From an uncultured Flavobacteriaceae bacterium (lineage in GTDB: Bacteria; Pseudomonadota; Alphaproteobacteria; Micropepsales; Micropepsaceae), in NCBI GenBank assembly GCA_964466435.1, contig CAYXQB010000001.1:1-38328 (forward strand): a DNA stretch of 38,328 bases, written 5' to 3'. Below, piece after piece: positions 34,599 through 38,328 of the stretch (position 1 is the stretch's first letter; each line of letters begins with the position of its first letter). The notes beneath the pieces are model-generated. The model was given only the letters and a program-made list of their open reading frames with translations, did not search any database and had not been told where the DNA came from. A program made the translations under genes and the position numbers.

Positions 34599-34801
34599 CT
34601 AAGCTCCCGTCGAGAACACGGAAGGAAGTCTAGCCAACATCCAGGCAGTCTTGGCAATCGCCTGACTTCAAAGCAAATGACGACGCAGCTCGACAACGTC
34701 AAAGCCGCGCTCAGCTCAAGACCGCCGCCCGGTGCTAAGGCGATTGAGGCGAAGGTGCAGAGCCAATTTGACAGCTCCGGAATCCACCTCATAGTCCCAT
34801 C

Positions 34802-35059
34802 ATGGCGACCCTGAAAGAGCACGAAAAGCGCATCCTGAAGAAGGCGCGTGAGATTGCGGAAACCGGTCGTCATAACGGCTGGTTCCACATCGCTATGGAC
34901 TTGCAGCTCGCTGTGGGAGAACCGCTCGCCGTAAGCGTCTTGGAACGAGAGCCTTACCCTTCCGAGTTGGACAAGCGGTGCGCCGAGGTGCGCCTGCGCA
35001 TGTACGGAAAGCCCGGCAAACGCAGCCCCAGCGAGGCCAAGCAGGAGGACGACCGGTAA
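34802..35059 (+). CDS. Hypothetical small protein (85 aa)
   Basis: ORF in lower-GC DNA, charged and helical. Followed 3 nt later by the next ORF. Confidence 0.35.
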   Translation: MATLKEHEKRILKKAREIAETGRHNGWFHIAMDLQLAVGEPLAVSVLEREPYPSELDKRCAEVRLRMYGKPGKRSPSEAKQEDDR

Positions 35060-35061
35060 CG

Positions 35062-35295
35062 ATGTGGCAGAAGCACCGTTGGAGTTTCGTCGGGACGTTC
35101 GCGATCTTCACCGCCGCGATCACGCTTGGCGTCCTCGAGCGGCGGGGCAACCACTATGAGGAGTTAGTGCTTATTGTTCCGCTGGCGGTGCTGATCGCTG
35201 CCCCCGTCGCTTACGTGTTTATATGGGTCAATTGGCTCGCGGAGCGACAGCGCCAGGAGAACTCAAACAAGGCCCGCGATGACGCCGAGCAGTGA
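35062..35295 (+). CDS. Hypothetical small membrane protein (77 aa, 2 TM)
   Basis: ATG at 35062 with GGAGGA 12 nt upstream. Two hydrophobic helices (FVGTFAIFTAAITLGVL, LVLIVPLAVLIAAPVAYVFIWV) and a charged tail. Confidence 0.4.
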   Translation: MWQKHRWSFVGTFAIFTAAITLGVLERRGNHYEELVLIVPLAVLIAAPVAYVFIWVNWLAERQRQENSNKARDDAEQ

Positions 35296-35354
35296 GATTG
35301 GGGTTGGTGAATTAGGAATAGCGGACAAGGGGCGCCGCTTAAACAAAAGCCCGC

Positions 35355-35384
35355 CATGGCCGGGCTCGACCCAGCCACCCAGGG
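35355..35384 (+). repeat. REP-like hairpin motif copy between convergent genes
   Basis: catggccgggctcgacccagccacccaggg differs at 2 positions from the 38189-38217 arm. Confidence 0.6.
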
Positions 35385-35429
35385 CACTGCGCTGCATTGA
35401 GGCGGGTGAATTTGCTCACGTTGCCCCGC

Positions 35430-35744
35430 TTAGCTCAGAAACGACCGATGACTTACGGCCAGGGTGCTACTGCATAGAACGCAAGCCGACCAAAACACAA
35501 TGCCAGTGTACGACGGAAGCGTTGCAAGATCTTCGCCGCGCGCCAACATAACCAATGCGCCCGTGGCTATCGTGATGATGGCGAGCGAAAGAACGAACCC
35601 AAAAAATAGTTGCAGTGCTTGCACTGCCAGCGGCGTGCGCATTCGGTGCGCGACAGTCGCATGCGCCTTTCGAACAATGTCAAGAATTGCGTAGGTCATC
35701 GCTTGGGTCACGAGGAACCAGAATGCGATCATGACGAATACCAT
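35430..35744 (-). CDS. Hypothetical small membrane protein (104 aa, about 3 TM)
   Basis: Start placed at MVFVMIAFWF (35744) with AGGAGA 10 nt upstream. The upstream part of the 199-aa track ORF overlaps the Sel1 gene out of frame. Confidence 0.4.
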   Translation of the reverse strand: MVFVMIAFWFLVTQAMTYAILDIVRKAHATVAHRMRTPLAVQALQLFFGFVLSLAIITIATGALVMLARGEDLATLPSYTGIVFWSACVLCSSTLAVSHRSFLS

Positions 35745-35775
35745 ACGCCGAAGATCTCCTAAGGCGACACTCCGG

Positions 35776-36144
35776 TCAACGTATCCTGCCGCGTTTGCGC
35801 AGCTCCGCGCGTGCGTCCGGGTCGCCCATTTTTGCCGCAACTTCAAACCAATGCCGCGACCACCGCGCGCTGCCTTTGTTGCGATAATGAACGGCGAGGT
35901 TGAAAGCCGCTGTAGAGGAACCGGCGCGTATCGCCCGCTTGTACCATTGCACCGCCTCCTTCGGCCGCGCCGGCTTGACCTTGTCGTCGAGCAGGTTCGC
36001 CAGATTACTTTGCGCAATCGGGTCTCCACGCAGCGCCGCCTTTCGATAGGCGCTCACGGCCTGCCTGATGCGACCGCCATCTTCGTGCGCGAAGGCTTCC
36101 GACAGCCACCGATCAGCGTCGCCGCTTTGCTCTGTCCTTCGCAT
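35776..36144 (-). CDS. Sel1-like repeat (SLR/TPR-family) protein
   Basis: 122 aa. AYRKAALRGDPIAQSNLANLL, AVQWYKRAIRAGSSTAAFNLAVHY and WFEVAAKMGDPDA are Sel1 repeat signatures. Confidence 0.65.
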   Translation of the reverse strand: MRRTEQSGDADRWLSEAFAHEDGGRIRQAVSAYRKAALRGDPIAQSNLANLLDDKVKPARPKEAVQWYKRAIRAGSSTAAFNLAVHYRNKGSARWSRHWFEVAAKMGDPDARAELRKRGRIR

Positions 36145-36368
36145 CAGTAGGTCTCCGCGTTCTAACTATCACGGTCCTCGAAGGCGGACTACCACGCCTT
36201 CTGAAGCGGTGAAGCAGTTGCCACTAGTGAACCATGGGCAGGCTAAGCTCCTCAGGGCATAGCCAGAACGGAAATACGGCGACAGGAAATGGTGTCCCTC
36301 GCGGCGCCAGCCGCGTCCTCACCCGCACTTATGGAACCTCCGCGAACGCTTCGCGTCGTGAGGCCTCG

Positions 36369-36743
36369 TCAAGCCTGGGCCGCTCTCGTCGCGCAAGCCG
36401 CGATCGCATTGACGACATGGTCGATGTTGTACGGTTTCTGAAAGTACGGCGCGTCGGCAAACTCGGGCGGGATCGCGGCGTCCGTATAGCCGGTGGTAAA
36501 AACGCACTGAGCGCCCGTTAAGCGAACCTCGCGCGCCACCGAAAAGACGGCGGTGCCTTGGACGTTGACGTCGAGTATCGCGGCCGCGATCCGTTCGGTC
36601 CGCAGAATCGCCAAAGCGCCATCCAAGGTGCCCGTGGAAACGCACGCGTATCCACGCGCGGCCAAAGCGTCTTCGATCGGGAGCTTCAAAAGCGCCTCGT
36701 CTTCGACCAGAAGAATCTTCAATGGGCTTGATGGGGCTGTCAT
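36369..36743 (-). CDS. Single-domain response regulator (receiver only)
   Basis: Start placed at MTAPSSPLKILLVEDEALL. Phospho-acceptor context AAILDVNV, later TTGY and KPY. The ORF is open up to 36815. Confidence 0.7.
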   Translation of the reverse strand: MTAPSSPLKILLVEDEALLKLPIEDALAARGYACVSTGTLDGALAILRTERIAAAILDVNVQGTAVFSVAREVRLTGAQCVFTTGYTDAAIPPEFADAPYFQKPYNIDHVVNAIAACATRAAQA

Positions 36744-36894
36744 CGCAATCTCTCGAGCGCCGTGTTGCGCAAAGAGAGATAACGCGCTGCTTTGGCACCG
36801 GTTCCACCGTCGCATCCGGATTCAGCCCTTGCAGGAACGCTTGGGCCGATCGTTTGGAGTTGCGGGGACATGGCGCGAGCGCCGAGCAAAACGC

Positions 36895-38157
36895 TCAAAA
36901 CCGCGAAAGACTGTAATCCCCCGCAGCCACCGCCGGCACGCGCTTGAGCATCAGATCCGCCAGCAGCCGCGCGCTTCCCGCGCACGTCGTCCAGCCGATA
37001 TGGCCGTGGCCGGTGTTCAGGAACAGGTTCTCGAACTTCGTCGCGCTGATCGTGGGCACGCCGTCGGCGCTCATGGGCCGGAAGCCCGCCCAGGCGGAGA
37101 AGTCTTTGGCGGCGACGCTCGCGGCGAACGCCGGATAGACTTTGCCGAGCAGCTTCAAAAGATTGTCGACCCGCGCCTGCCGCACGCTCGCGTCGAAGCC
37201 CGCGAACTCCGCCGTGCCCGCCACGCGCAATCGGTCGTCGCCGATCGGCACGACGGCCACATGCATCGCCGCATCCGACACCGGCGTCTTGGGCAGATGC
37301 GGATTGCCTCGTGCGACGATCGTCGCGGAGTAACCCTTGGCGGGCTTCACCGGAAGCTTGAGCTTGAGCGGCGCCGCAAGCGCGGGGCTGAGTGACCCCG
37401 CCGCCAGGACGAACGCATCCGCCTCGATCGGCCCCGCCGCCGTGTCGATCGCGCGCACGCGTTTGCCGTCGGTTTTGAACGCGGTCACGTCGGTCTCGAA
37501 CAGAAACGTCACGCCGCGCGCGGTGAGCCAGTTCGTGAGCTCCGTCGAAAACGCATGCGGATCGCCGCGCTCGTCCTCCGGGTAATAGACCGCGCCGGTG
37601 ATCGCGGACGCGATGGGGGCAAGCGCGGGCTCGAGCGCCACCGTCTCGTCGCGCGACAGCTTGCGGTGCGCAATGCCGTGCGGCGCGATGAAGGCCGCAT
37701 GCGCCTCCGCCGCGGCCAGCGCTTGTGGCGAGCGCGCGAGCGCCAGCGTCCCCGTCTTGCGGCAGGCATAGGCAACGCGCGTGTCTTCGCTGAGCGCCGT
37801 CATCTCGCGCCGCGAAAGCAGCGCCAGCCGCAGGTTCTTGAGCAGGTTCGCTTCGAACCGCGCGGGCCGCGAGTTCGCAAGGAAGCGCAAACCCCAGCCC
37901 GCAAGCTTCGGCACTTGGGCCAGGTGCAACAGCATCGGCGCATCGTCGCGCCCCAGCCACTTCAGCAAGTCCCAGCCCACGCCCGGCGAATTCCACGGCT
38001 CGACCATGCTCGGGTGCTGCAGCGCGGCGTTGCCGAAACTCGTCTCAAGCCCCGGCCCCTCGCGCCGCTCGACCACGACGACGCCGACGCCGGCCTTGTG
38101 CAACGCATACGCGGAGGTCAGCCCAACCAACCCAGCGCCAATGATGACGACGTTCAT
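36895..38157 (-). CDS. FAD-dependent oxidoreductase, D-amino-acid dehydrogenase (DadA)-like
   Basis: MNVVIIGAGLVGLTSAYAL Rossmann GxGxxG N-terminus, ETSFGNAA, and a GHGHIGWT C-terminal DAO-family motif. Confidence 0.8.
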   Translation of the reverse strand: MNVVIIGAGLVGLTSAYALHKAGVGVVVVERREGPGLETSFGNAALQHPSMVEPWNSPGVGWDLLKWLGRDDAPMLLHLAQVPKLAGWGLRFLANSRPARFEANLLKNLRLALLSRREMTALSEDTRVAYACRKTGTLALARSPQALAAAEAHAAFIAPHGIAHRKLSRDETVALEPALAPIASAITGAVYYPEDERGDPHAFSTELTNWLTARGVTFLFETDVTAFKTDGKRVRAIDTAAGPIEADAFVLAAGSLSPALAAPLKLKLPVKPAKGYSATIVARGNPHLPKTPVSDAAMHVAVVPIGDDRLRVAGTAEFAGFDASVRQARVDNLLKLLGKVYPAFAASVAAKDFSAWAGFRPMSADGVPTISATKFENLFLNTGHGHIGWTTCAGSARLLADLMLKRVPAVAAGDYSLSRF

Positions 38158-38186
38158 GACAATCAAACCGCAACTAAAACTAAATC

Positions 38187-38317
38187 GTCATGGCCGGGCT
38201 TGACCCGGCCACCCAGGATCGCTGCCGCAAAGTTTGAGCTACATTCCAATCGCTCAAGAGATTCGCGGACCGCCTGATGCAACACCCCTGGGTGGCCGGG
38301 TCAAGCCCGGCCATGAC
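38187..38317. repeat. REP/MITE-like element: perfect 31-bp inverted repeats separated by 69 bp
   Basis: gtcatggccgggcttgacccggccacccagg at 38187-38217 and its exact reverse complement at 38287-38317. Each arm contains GGCCGGG-CTTGA-CCCGGCC. The spacer holds a TTGAGC/GCTCAA hairpin. The element is followed by GGTTTTTTGG. Confidence 0.85.
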
Positions 38318-38328
38318 GGTTTTTTGGT

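Noticed and set aside
35420-35490. tRNA-like TAGCTCAG string (gcttagctcagaaacg)
   Set aside because: No complementary D-stem, anticodon arm or acceptor stem can be drawn. The string is the stop-codon region of the 35430-35744 membrane-protein gene.
36553-38277. Several long ORFs (36553-37395 +, 36740-37996 -, 37555-38277 +) overlapping the DadA-like gene
   Set aside because: All are off-frame or antisense to the frame that contains the GxGxxG FAD-binding N-terminus and the DAO motifs. Their composition is low-complexity and Arg-rich.

Overview
High-GC alphaproteobacterial (Rhizobiales-like) chromosomal segment. Hand GC count: 38/60 at 8281-8340. I support about 37 protein genes, one tRNA, several intrinsic terminators, two heat-shock-type promoters and a small hairpin-repeat family. 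Many long ORFs in the six-frame track are antisense or off-frame shadows typical of GC-rich DNA. From 1 to about 30.4 kb the content is ordinary core or envelope genes: partial GT2 glycosyltransferase, threonine aldolase, fasciclin protein, ceramidase-like membrane protein, UshA-like 5'-nucleotidase, HSL-type esterase, two Hsp20 genes flanking a Pat-type lysine acetyltransferase, TPR-sulfotransferase, four outer-membrane beta-barrel genes (three are a tandem triplication), GNAT, SCP2, lysophospholipase-like hydrolase, HisN-like phosphatase, XRE regulator, TypA/BipA, histidine kinase, SulP transporter plus beta-carbonic anhydrase, GT4 glycosyltransferase, PAT-like GNAT coupled to N-formylglutamate amidohydrolase, and CpdR. 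tRNA-Val(GAC) at 30468-30542 is followed by about 6 kb of patchy, partly lower-GC DNA (29/60 at 34621-34680). That stretch holds orphan small ORFs, a TPR gene split by one in-frame TAG, a Cys-rich ORF with no stop codon, a six-tract G-quadruplex motif, and a triple AGAACAT repeat containing an alpha-type LexA box. It reads like a decayed integrative-element remnant, with no integrase visible. I found no CRISPR array, no recognisable complete defence system and no toxin-antitoxin system. The most unusual observations are: (i) a Y1/HUH transposase-like gene with both catalytic motifs substituted, plus REP-like hairpin repeats including a perfect 31-bp-arm inverted repeat next to a DadA-like gene; (ii) an orphan plus-strand terminator with a CU-rich single-stranded stretch, which is a candidate sRNA; (iii) the tRNA-Val-adjacent remnant and its odd sequence features. 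All functional calls come from motif recognition by eye. No database search was possible.
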